DNA from: Tubulanus polymorphus
Taxonomy: Eukaryota > Animalia > Nemertea
NCBI RefSeq assembly: GCF_964204645.1
Contig: NC_134031.1
Coordinates: forward strand, 17,861,810 to 17,925,809
Direction of reading: 5' to 3'
Length of the DNA stretch: 64,000 bases
Every line of letters starts with the position of its first letter. The stretch's first letter is position 1. Shown here piece after piece: positions 52,401 to 64,000 of the stretch. The notes beneath the pieces were generated by a model. The model was not told where the DNA came from and searched no databases. It was given only the letters and a program-made list of their open reading frames with translations. The position numbers were made by a program, and so were the translations under genes.

Positions 52401-54078
52401 ATCAACACCATCATCATCATCATCATCATCTCTCTTTCTTCTTAAATCGGGATTGTCCCTGTTATTGATTGGAAGATCTGTTTTGATTTAGAGTCCCTTC
52501 AACACACACCATTACCTGCTTGGAGTGAAACAGGGTTTGATTTTGAAATCGGAAATCGAAGTACAGATGTAGTTGTGTGATCAGCAGTCGAATTTACAGA
52601 ATTTTTTGTCTAAATCGAAGTACACACCGGTAGGCCTAATTGGAAATTTTGGTTCCGGTTCATTCAGACAACCAGCCAGAACCGGCAAACGACTGATCGC
52701 CAACTTCAGTGGGGGCAACACAAACAGCCTACACGGCAGTCTGTCCTCGTGCTGTGCGGGCCAGTCTTTCTGCGCCAATAACTTCATTGTATTTTATCTA
52801 AAACACGTGCGTTGATTTACTTTCTGAATTACAGGTAAAGAAATATTTGTCGGTTTGTCGGACCAGACGAATATGTTCGGAGCGATAGCTTTGGCGACTG
52901 AGTTTCCGGAATATCCCGTTTCGACGGTTCAGTTACCGCATGACTATCGCCTGAAAGATCTTATCAGTGTTGTGGGAATCGACATCTTAGCGGTCGGATC
53001 TAGTGAAACTGCGCAAAATGTATTAATGGTGAGTTACGTTAGTCTTTTTTCGCCTTGAGCCTAGCGCACATCGACACTGCGATTGGAGACAACTAGTTGC
53101 TACCGAACGATTACCCCGCGCACATCGAAATCTAGTTACAACCGGTCAGTTGCAGCGACTGTATGGCGCGTGTCGATCGTCGAAATCCAGAGCGCGCACG
53201 TCGACGGATATGACTGCGATTGAGTACAACCAGTTGCTCAAAAGTAGAACATGGGCAACTGACTGGAACTGGAGATAGATCGACGCTTACCAATCGTAAG
53301 CTCGCTCACATCGACACATTCAAGCAACTGATCGTATCCAGCCAGTTCCTCTCATGCGCCGAAAACTGCCTTGCAACTAGTTGTCTCCAATCGCAGTGTC
53401 GATGTGCGCTAGGCTTAAACTTCTGTCGTAAATTTTCATTTATTTAACTCGTCTCGTTCGTATACCGTACTTTTTCAGCAAATTGAGAAGCACGCTAGTT
53501 ATGGTTATCAAATTATCAAAGTGAATGAAGATCACGCGGCCAGTGCGCAGTTCATCAACGGCACGTTAGTTCATCTGTCTGATCGACAAATTCCGAAAAG
53601 TTTTGGCGTAAGTATCGACGTTTAATTTGAAATCGGGCCGAATTCATATCTACACCGCCAGTGTTTGATCCAGAAGGGGTGCACCCATCGTGCCACACCC
53701 CCCGTGACGATTTGATTTTTAGCAAAAACGTGCTCGGAATGCACAGGAATAAATGTAATTTTCAAAATTTAAACAAAAATTTCATCCCCGGATGTAACAA
53801 ACTATCAGTTATAACTAACAGATTTTCTGGTCCCGTGAAATCGTTGTAACGAAGCTCCACGTTAATAGATAGGCAATCCCTCTTCGTTCTTCAATTTGCT
53901 TTCGCAACTAAACTCGCGTAATTAATTCTTTCAGGTTTTCGAGTATTGGATTGACTTCCCGCGTGCCTCCATCGACATGGAAGAACTACTGAAGGGCAAC
54001 TCGACACTGCCGAGCATCGCATTACTCATCGGCAAAGTGAAAAATCCGAAGAAAATTGTTTCGACATTAGTAGATTGA
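46429..54078 (+). CDS. Dimethylarginine dimethylaminohydrolase (DDAH)-like pentein, 276 aa, 5 exons; catalytic Cys and His replaced
   Basis: Exons 46429-46689, 50691-50793, 52835-53028, 53479-53607, 53935-54078, in phase. Motifs ELPADECHPECVNVDDTAV, LEGGDVIFTGKEIFVGLS, AVGSSETAQ, MEELLK align along the whole of DDAH1. Confidence 0.92.
50974..51226. mobile_element. Degenerate MITE in DDAH intron 2
   Basis: CTCAGGTC..TT / AA..GACCTGAG ends, plus inner inverted GTAGGAGA / TCTCCTTA. Confidence 0.45.
53058..53415. mobile_element. Young MITE with perfect 43-bp TIRs in DDAH intron 3
   Basis: AGCCTAGCGCACATCGACACTGCGATTGGAGACAACTAGTTGC (53058-53100) is the exact reverse complement of 53373-53415. 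TTGA/TTAA context; internal copies of the CACATCGA motif. Confidence 0.9.
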
Positions 54079-56381
54079 TCACAATTAAACTCGCTTGCAA
54101 TATTGTATCGTATAAAGATATATATATCTATATAGATGTGGTATTATTCAAGCTTTCTGCGGATCTGTGTTTTCAAACATCCTGAACTTTTCTCGAGATT
54201 TCTTTTTATGGGTGTCGTCGTTATCGTCGTTTTGGCAGCAAATTTTCAATGAAAAACGGATGTTTGAATGCATGTCGATGTTTGAATTTTAGTTGGAAAG
54301 CTTCGAATCGGGGGGGTCATCTTTAGATAGAAATGAAAGTCGTGCGAGTATCGCCGTTGAACTTACCGAGAAACGTAGAAACTCTTAAAAAATAATATTT
54401 GGAAGATATTTGAGAAACGGTATTTTGTTTGTTATAGAAAATTTCTCAACGAGCGATCGCGATTTTGATAAATCGAATTTGTAGAAATGAGAACCGAGAC
54501 TATTTTTCAGTTCCTTCGTTGAAATAAGCGGAGGGAAAATCGTAAACTGCTGCATTTAACATCATGTCAGGAGAGAAGGAAGTTAAAGTTATTGTAAAAT
54601 AGGGTTTTTCTAAAGTCCTGGAAGGGTGTCTGATTAAAGATGAATATTAAAGATCAACTCGTAACATCAGAGAACAACGGAATGTTAGTCGTTATTGCGG
54701 CGCAAATCGCCATAATTCTCAGAAAATCTTCATAATTCATAGTTGCCTAAAAATGATTTTTACAGCACTCACTTTCATTTTGAATTACGTTAGCTTTCAT
54801 CAGTTTTGATTAAAGTCGACTTTGCACGTCGTTTACTGACTTACGACCTATTCATAGTTCGAAGATTTGCTTCCATAGCTTTCCGAGATTCTCAGTGAAT
54901 TATTCACGCACTCTTCCAGGCTGATTAATGACACGTTGATAATAATATAAACACCTAGTGAAAGATTTGTGATAAAATCTTACGGTTGTAGATATATTAA
55001 GATATTTTTATATATATATGTGAATTTGTGTAATTGTTTTTGTACTCGGAGAGCTACCATAAAAATGGATTGATTTTTTTTCAGTCATCAGACATTATCT
55101 GGTTTGTTTTACGTCATCGTTCAGTACTGCCAATTTCCTTTCGAAAATACAGTCAAGGTTCGGTATGACGCCACCGTTTTTAATGCAGCTGCTCTCGTTA
55201 ATGCTGAGATTTTTCAGAGGACAGATTTGCTCAATCTAATCTCAAACACAATGAAAATACCATTCGTTATAAGTCGATAATTTTCAGCGGTTCCAACTGT
55301 GGCGTTAAAAAGGACTGTAACTGCATCCTTAAAAATACTTTGTTTGTCATGAGTGAAAATTCTAGTTCACATCGCAACTCTTAATTTGGTGGCGCTGTTT
55401 TCGGCCAATTTCTCATGAATCGCCTCCATATTGTTTAAAAATCGTAATTGATATTTAGATGCAATTCTATGTTGAAGGGTTCTCATGGATCTTGTCACTC
55501 AGTCTTATTAATATCAGCTGACACGTGTTAACCAATTCTCGAATATGTTGGGAGATTTTAAATTCAACATAGTTGTTTTTGGAAACGGCAACGAAATCAT
55601 CGGTGAATCTACTCTTTTAGCAAAGCATACGTTTTGATCATTTTTTCAACCATGGATAGCGACATTATACCGCAGTCAAGAAATGTGCCATAGTTTTAAT
55701 CAATAATTATAAAACGTCTGAATGTTGCATGCTCGCACTTCGGTGGTTTCCATCAGTATCTTTTCGCTATTTCATATCCATCACTTAGCGTTTCGATCTG
55801 GACCGCGATTGATTAATCGCATAGAATGATCATTCAGCTATGACTATTCTCTAAATCCGTGTTGTTCGTTTCCATGAACGTATTTCCAGTTTATCTCGGA
55901 AGAAATCAATCATGAAAGATAATGAAAATTTTTTTTTTAAGACGTTATAAAACATTGATATTATTATTATTAATATATATATATTATCTATGGATGCAGA
56001 ATTATCGATGTAGTTGTTATAAAATGCTGCGATATCAGTCGGGAAAGATCAGGGATAGAGACGAACGGAAATTTCGAGTTCTACTGCTACCATTGTACTG
56101 CCAGAAAAAAAAAAACGATGATGAATTTTATGTCGTTAAGAACCGCGTTAGATGTTTTCAAACGGATGAACGCCTATGTAGGCACTACATGCGTATATTT
56201 GGTCGTAGGCTGAAATATTTATGGTGCTATTAGAGATAGGAATGCTAACTAACTAACGTATAATCGGTGTCGGGATGAAGTTTATAGTTTGTAAATAGCT
56301 TGCTTTGCTTAAAAAATGTTTCATTAGACGGTCACTGTAGTTTCCCCGAATGGACGTGGCATCAGTCACATCGTATAAAAA

Positions 56382-56686
56382 CAAGGTCCCTACGACTCCT
56401 TGATCAAAACTTCTTCTAAAATGAAAATACTTTTGAGGTTGCTTGAAACTCCTTTATTTTGAGCAAAATGCCAGAAACTCCATTTAAAACTCCTTCAATT
56501 TGCAGAAATAGGTATTTTTCAATGTTTGTAGTTGTACTGTAAACTTGAATCGGTACTACCAGCTTACCTAAATGAACATTACCGGTTTTGAAGGAGTCTA
56601 CAGTAATTGGGATATGAAAGTGATGCAAACGCTTCCTTAAAATTTCCTCCTTATATCCTTGGAATGACCGATCTGTAGGGACCCTG
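56382..56686. mobile_element. Family A MITE, full length
   Basis: CAAGGTCCCTAC ... GTAGGGACCCTG; flanks AAAAA/TAAAA. Confidence 0.75.
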
Positions 56687-57504
56687 TAAAAGGACTAGAA
56701 TATGATGGTCCGGTTGAAGATCCAAGTCCAGTTTTAATTCGTTAGATTTACCAAAGAATGTACAAACCGACGTTCGTAACTGGCACCAGTGTGTTAATAC
56801 TCATTTACAGGGTTTTTTTTTCTTGGAAATGTAGAACAGTGTGTCTTAGCCACTTATATACTAAAAAAGATATCTCCATTGGTAAAATCTTTGGACGAAA
56901 TCAACTAACTTTTTAAATACTTATCCCAATAATCAATGTAGCAATCGACACGCTTGCCTTAAATGCTTATTGTAGACTTTCAGTAGTAACGTTATTCTGT
57001 TAATAGTAATAATGAAATATAAAACCAATGTTAACCATTATTTTGTATGCGTAAAAAAATGCAAAGATATTTTAAGTTTCCATTTCGCATCGTTCATCCA
57101 CACAAACACACTGCAAGTAGCGTATTTAAATCGGTATAAACTGACAACTTTCGATAAAGACACTAAGGTGCAGTGTACGATATTGTTTATTAAAATGTTC
57201 TATTTAAACTTGATTGAGATTTCTGCTGCAGATACATTCATTCATTATCCATTCTACTGTGCATGTTATGCTAATTAAATAAAGTCTGTCTTTGTTGTCT
57301 CTCGAATAAACCATAGACTTCTAGATGACGTATATTCTGTGTGTTAGTTCGATGTTTCAGTTGTTTTAAGCCGCGGAATGGACCATATCGCTTACTCGGA
57401 GTGTATTGGCAACAGGTAGTTATGACTTGCCGCGTAAGATGTCGCTTAATCTGAAATACAAGTATCAAGTCTTTGCTCGAATCATAAGTCAGATAAAACA
57501 AAAA

Positions 57505-57654
57505 TCAACCCCGATATACCGCCCTCCCATATACCGCCAACCGCGAGGTTTTCTCGAAGTACATCTCTAGTAAAACACCCCGATATACCGCCATACTCTC
57601 TATACCACCAAAATCGTTCTGCACCGATGCGGGTGGTATATCGGGGGTTGACTG
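57505..57654. mobile_element. Second copy of the pogo-like MITE
   Basis: TCAACCCCGATATACCGCC ... GGTATATCGGGGGTTGACTG; internal segment matches 43850-43950 in reverse orientation. Confidence 0.7.
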
Positions 57655-59910
57655 AATGTATCTACTTTTCAAAAGGGGCAAACGTTTTTGAGACTCTGAT
57701 GATTTGACGCGTCTCTCCTGTCGCTCTATATAGTATACGGCTGCGAAATCTGGGGAAATGAACATCGTCATATTGCTATCGATCTCGATTGTTTATTGTT
57801 ATCATGAAAGCCACCAAATATTCCCATAACCTGCAAGTACCTTTTCTCTTTTTTGACATGTTTGATTGTTTACTTACCAAATATCACAAAACCATTGTTT
57901 TAATGAACATTAATTAATTTCTAGATATTTCATTGTTAAAAAACCTCATATTCATTTACAACTTGACCAAACCCTTGACTGCCACAGTTGCATTTCTAGT
58001 TTACCTTCGTATTACTATACGAGAATATGTATGAATTATTTACAAAGGATCTATTGTGATTTTAGTTCGGTGAAAATCCAACAGAGGGGGTAAAGCATCT
58101 AAATGCCCTTTAAACCCCGGAAAAAATTACAAAAAACTCCCGAAATGAAAGTAAACGTTGTCTTAAATACATTTATGAATTCAAAACATATTCAAATTAC
58201 TCCTAAGTTAGTTAATTAGGCAACGTCATTGTTTGTCAGGTCGTTATTGAACTTATTTAGAAACGACTGTGTTTTCTGGCGGAGTCTCTGGCGGAATTCC
58301 TTCGATTCAAAGTATACGGTACGGTCGTTTCTAAATAAGGTCATTAACGTTAGACAAATATACACATCGCCTATTTAACTAATCTTTAAGCAATTTGAAT
58401 ATGTTTTGACCTCACAGATATCTAAGACAATGTTTATCTTTATTCTACGAGAGTACCCAGCCCTATCTTCCTTTGTTATTTCGGATTTATATAGCTCGGA
58501 TAGCTAGGGCGAATCCTCCTAGGGGCTCTAAATTTGAAGAATTTTTCACATCCCAAAGGATGTCCAAATCTTGATGTCCAAAAAAGGAAAACTAGTTGCC
58601 TTGCTGCGTGAAATGCACCAATTTATTTCTTTGTTGACAAAATGAAAAAGAACGCTAAGAAGATTTGATGGAGTTGTGGAAGTCTCACACGTCCCTCTAG
58701 GATCTTCTTCATTTTGTTCTAGTCGAGTGTCGTGCATCTTATTGCTAACTTCTTTTATTCTGAGCGAGTCGTTAAAATGGAGTTCCACTGTACTAGGCAC
58801 ACACGTCAGTAAAAAGTCACTAAAATTATCGTGAATGTTTTAAGTAGACATTTTATTTACATAAAATACACTGATGTACAAAAAGCCAGGTAAAACATCT
58901 TTCGGGCATTCGTTATTTTGCAGTCTCATTACAAAGTGTGACAATGGTAAAGAACAAAGAATACTATAGCATACATGTATTATATATATATACTACAAAT
59001 GATCACATATTTATCAAAGATCTTAAATAACATTTCAGATCTTTCGCCGCCCACTACGATATTAATTAAAGACTGGTATATTCTCATAAACCGAGATCTA
59101 CGCAGTTGAAATTAGAGTATGACGATGCAGAAAGTCCGTGTGGACTCATCATAAAAGTGTAAGCTTACACTTCTATGGAATCATGTAACTATAAAAACTA
59201 TATTTCGCAATGATGCACTGAAACCTTTGATTACATTGTTTATTTCGCTTCTTTGATTTTGTTCGAAACCGAAAAATGCGAATTTCTAAGAAGCGTTACC
59301 TACACGAAAATCCTAAACTTTGAACAACAACACAACTGCTTCTAAAAGCTGGTCTACATCTCATGTGAAGTTAAGTTATAAGACGCCTAAGCCATCGTAA
59401 CTACTCATAACTAGTGAAATAATTTGAGTCCTTGCGGAGCCTGCAGAGCCAAGCTTCCGTGAACGTCAATGTGAGGTTTCTCTATAATAGCACCATCATG
59501 TTCAGCTGTCTTTACCGTAACGTGGCAATGACATGAATGACTAGTCTAAACGCTGCAAAGGTGCACCTTTCACGGCGGAGGAATGACCAATTTTCCAATA
59601 CATATACTAATAGTCCTACTACCCATTGAAAGGATACACTTTTTTACGTTCCCACACCAATCAACTACAAAATACGCATTTAGAGATTCCTGGATTTAAT
59701 GTACATGTAAATTCTCTGATATTTTGTATATTCTGGTAAACATGACATGCATAACCATGTAATGATAATACAGCGTCGGAAACTATAACGAAAGTACTAT
59801 AGCACAGTAGCATATAACAAGTTTCTAATCGAAATCAGTCAGGAAAAGCAGCTCGCCTTCAAATTAAACTCTCGAAAACAATAACAGCAGAATTGTTCAG
59901 TATTTCTGAT

Positions 59911-62900
59911 TCATACGATCAAGCTACGAAGTGAGCTTTGATGTTTCAGCGACGAATTATCATTATCTCGCAGGTTATCGATTCGTTGTTGTAACAATGT
60001 CTTCCACGTGTGTTTCTGTTCGACCGATGGAGCCTCCAGGACAATAGATTGATAGCTGATCCCCGTCAGGCGACAAATGAGCTGGAATTCGTTGACTGAA
60101 AATAACAACAGAAAGAACATTATCGAAGATGAATTAACGAAACGTTGAAGATGATTTCAGACTCAAATGGATAGCACTGGAATGCATGCAGATAGATGGC
60201 AACGAAGTTCCAAGCCAGCGTCAGGGATATTTCTGACATTCTCAAGTATTTTAAAGAAAATAATATAGATAGCTGCCAAATGGTTTGTGATGAAGCATCT
60301 CTTAACGTATGTAGGCCCGTAACGTGAAGGGGCGTGATTATTTTTACGGGCAGTTCGTTTTCATTAAACTGCGGACCGTTTTGAGACGTGCCAGTTAAAC
60401 GGCCCCCGGGCCCAGTTCCATAGTCGAGACATAGTCCGCAAGTGGTCTTAAAACTGGTCTTTATGTTGTTGATTGGCTTTAGAACTAAGTTGGTCTATGA
60501 CTTCTCTTAGTCCAAGCCATAACTTCAAAAAATGACCTTTTTCGGATTTTGGTCGTAACCTCCTCGACCCCCGCCCCATGAGGGTCTAGTATGAAGATGA
60601 GCAAGCTCAAAATGCAGAAAAAGGTCCCGGGATATTTTCTTTAAGAAATAGATAATTACCATTCGAACGGTCGTAATCTTGATGGACGAGATCGTGAATG
60701 TATATAGGATCTTCTATGACTACTGTAACGTTTTCTTGCTTATCCGTAATCAGTATGATATCGGAGAATAACATTACCCACGTCTGAAACATGAATCAGT
60801 GAACATGCAGTTATGAAATTGATATTGAATACACGAGTACGCCTGTTAATGAACATTGAATGAAGTCAATTAATGACGTACATTAGTTAAATAGTAGTTA
60901 AACCATGTAGGCCTTACTACGCATGATGTGCGTTTGAATATTGCTCGGATATTTTGATTATTGAACAATCTATTTTAGAGGTATTTCCGTCGATGCATGC
61001 CTAGCAGCCCCCACACTGATAATATACACACATCAGGTGTAATAACCGTACAGAATTTTGCTACCGATAAATCGACTGCTCGAAGAAACAAAAGATTTAT
61101 TAAGTGCCAGAGACAGATTCATTCATTATACCAAGTTCTGTAGTATACGGCGTCGAAAACCACTACGAACTGAGGCTGACAAAGTGATAGAATAGCTTAG
61201 AGGAATGTAGCGTACCTGTCGTGTTTTTTGTATGGTCGTCACTTGATTGAGTTTTCCAGCGTAGATTAGATGTCTGTTCGGCACACATAGTGGAATTTCT
61301 TTTACATGCTTGGCGAAGATCGTCTTATTTCGCAGCTGAACCATTTCAGAATCGCCCGAAGAGACGGTGCTGAGCGACGACGAAGTTGTAGACCTTGAAA
61401 CCATAGTCGAGTGACTCGATGGAGGACTGTACTGGATCGTATGCGGTCTGTAACTGTTTGCCGAATTACAGCAACGATGAAGTTCTGCAAGAATGAATTT
61501 TTGAGCAAAATATAGAAACACGTGATGTTTGGACACTCGTTTTAATTTCACGCAGCATCTTTGTCCGAAGATTTCTTACCCAGAACAACCTCTTCCAAGA
61601 AAGGATAATCGTGGTGGTCGGTGGCGGTATAAACTTGAATTGACTGCAAATGTATGAGGACCTGCCAAATATGTTGATAAGGCTTGCATATGAAGTCTTC
61701 AATTCCTAAGACTATTGATGGATCTGTTTGTATGGCTTCTTCCAGGAATTTACGGAATTCTACCTTCGCCACGAGGCTGTATAGCGCGGTTTTAGCTTTG
61801 TCGAGATGAGCGCAATAGATTCCATACATTTCACACATGAGTTGAAGCTAAAAAGAATTGATACAGAAGGTGAAACGTTTTTTTGAAAAATTGATCAAAA
61901 TAAACACGGTCTCATTTACCGCTGATGAATTAATGACGCATTACGTGCATTAATTCAGGCGGTATCAGGACTATTGCCCCCCCCGGACAATTGCCCCCCA
62001 AATTCATTCTTTTTAATCTTAAAGTAACACAGATATTTACTTCAAATTAATTAGACAAAGTGAACTAATTCTAGCTAATTACTCTAGGACTGCTTTAAAG
62101 TTTTTGATTGGCTAAAGTAACACTAAAACTAATTCCAATAAATTATAACAAGTTTAACTAATGCGCTAATAAGTGGAATAAGTGGACTTATTAACTTTCC
62201 TTTAATGTGGTAAGTGAAAGAATTATAATTACACAAGGACTGATTTAAAGTTTTTGATCTGCACACAACATCAGTAATTCTATATCTCATAAATCTATAT
62301 TCAATAATATACAAATGAATTTCTAAGTAAAGTATCCAGGTGGTGTTAATCCAAATCAAAAAGGATTTTATTCGGGTGGGGAGGGGGGGGCAATTGTCCA
62401 GGGACAATCGTCCGGGGGGGGGCAATTGTCCTAGAATCAATTCAGGCGCGTGTCAAAAATGGAAATACGAATTCATACGGAAAATTTCCCGCAAGCGTTC
62501 GTAGCCTGACCTTGGGGAAAATTTGTTAGAAGTGTATAAATGTTGACAGTAAGATTTACAACCGGCGTTCGGTTTATGCCCGTTTATCAATACTGCAATA
62601 GGTATCAACAGCAATGTTGATCTCTCCCGAGTTGAAAAGTGAGATTCAACATGACAGATGGCCTGTGTACATGACATTAATGGATGTCGTTGTCGCCGCG
62701 GAAAAAAACTACCCACGGGATTTTACGTAAGATAAAGTCTCGCCGCATCCTTATACATACCTTAGCCATATAAATAAACCCGACTGCATCAATGAAACCT
62801 TCTCCTTGACGATCTGTGTCAATATACGGCAAGCTGTTCAATTTCAGCTGTCGCACGTAGTACTCGGATATGGTGAGTAACTGCAAAAAAACAAGAAGAG

Positions 62901-63663
62901 GGGTCAAGAAAGTTAAACAACGCGCGCATATATCAAAATACAATAGATTCATAAATCGACAAAGATTGTTTGATCTTTTTAATTAATATCTCGCCGTTCG
63001 TTCACGATGAATCATGCGTCAATGAGAGATGGTTCTGGTTTCCGCCATAAAAACGTCACGTTTTATATGAAAGTCTCTTACGAACAGCAGACACGCGTTG
63101 TTAAACCCGGTTAAGACTTTCCGAACACTTGATTAAGCACCATACATATTTATGACCTAAATCCCGGTGATACTTTCGCCTTTCCCTTATACACGCAAAA
63201 CCGTTATGTAAGCAAGGTACCAGCGGATAATTTATCGTTGGGATGAGATTAAGCCTAATAGCCCATTTGTGATGTCTTTTGTTCAGCGATGACATTTATT
63301 TCAATTTCAAATGTTATTTCACATTCCGCAAGTTTAATGCATACATAGCCGACTTCGTAATGACGCGCTATGTGATACGGAGTTTGTCCTGATAAAATGC
63401 TGAACTCAGGTGAAAATGTGTCCTCTAATTTGTCAGCTTATCTGAGATGAGAGAGATGGAATCAATTTGATGATCAATAATTTGCTCACCTTTTCAACGT
63501 TTTGGAACAGCGACGCGTACTCGCTGCTCGAGATAATGGCGCCTTTTTTCAAAGGACGACAATATCGCTGTATGGCTATCTGCATGTTTTTAACGTACGT
63601 TTCCTCGAAGTCTAACAGTCGGCTAATGGCTTGCTGACGGAAAACGTCACGGTCATGTAGTTC
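59911..63663 (-). CDS. Rho guanine nucleotide exchange factor (DH-PH), 3' portion; 5' end lies beyond the window
   Basis: Exons 63663-63490 (RQQAISRLLDFEETYV..QRYCRPL..LFQNVEK), 62880-62761, 61847-61580 (YGIYC..FICKPYQHI..HHDY), 61484-61216 (RHLIYAGKL), 60783-60660 (MLFSDIILIT), 60095-59911 (LEAPSVEQKHTW). Confidence 0.85.
61961..62438. mobile_element. Mutator/MULE-like non-autonomous element with 9-bp TSD
   Basis: Direct repeat AATTCAGGC at 61952-61960 and 62439-62447. Imperfect TIRs GGTATCAGGAC / GTCCTAGAATC with subterminal GGACAATTGCCCCC repeats at both ends and an AT-rich core. Confidence 0.8.
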
Positions 63664-64000
63664 CTACAATGATGACAAAATTAAGGGTCATTAGTCGAAT
63701 GTCATGCGTTTCGAATATCAGGGCTTGGCTTTTGTTATCCATCTTCATGACAACATCAACCCGTATCATCTAGTTTTACATTCTCAGATATCAGAAGAGT
63801 TTAATACAATCTTTCAAATTATTCTTCGAGCAATTGTTTTTCGAGGACTAAAGATGTAACGAATGAGAAGTGATTATCGACTCTTACTTGGTAAGCGATA
63901 GAAAGTATTCTTACTTGGTAAGCGATAGAAAGCGGTGGTGTAGTTGTGCGCACTCCTTGGCCCCGTGGACGCGGATTGGCTCCGCAATTGTTGATATTTT

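Noticed and set aside
54100-59800. Short ORFs between DDAH and the RhoGEF
   Set aside because: AT-rich, no splice-consistent chain or motifs; consistent with convergent 3'UTRs and repeats.
59911-63663. Specific RhoGEF name (e.g. PsGEF-like)
   Set aside because: The diagnostic N-terminal domains lie outside the window.

Overview
Intron-rich animal genomic DNA (GT-AG introns, AT-rich introns, CpG-rich exons). The GRL101-type receptor suggests an invertebrate, but the species cannot be read from the sequence. I reconstructed nine spliced or single-exon genes by hand: a GLUT/SLC2A sugar transporter (+), a membrane-anchored protein resembling the bacterial YqcI/YcgG heme-dependent guanidine N-hydroxylases (+), Ro60/TROVE2 with an intronless CDS (+), kinesin KIF14 (+), a ~1860-aa CUB/C-type-lectin/LDLa/LRR GRL101-like GPCR (-), an orphan basic protein behind tandem RFX X-boxes (-), EDF1/MBF1 (-, missed by the ORF track), a DDAH homologue head-to-head with EDF1 (+), and the 3' part of a DH-PH RhoGEF (-). 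Non-coding DNA holds several MITE families with readable TIRs and TSDs, a LINE tail and a 43-bp minisatellite. Top leads: (1) the YqcI/YcgG-like animal gene; (2) an intact DDAH whose catalytic Cys and His are both replaced; (3) a 200-nt G.U-biased rod hairpin directly upstream of Ro60, plus a second foldback in its 3' region. Family assignments come from remembered motifs, not from database searches.
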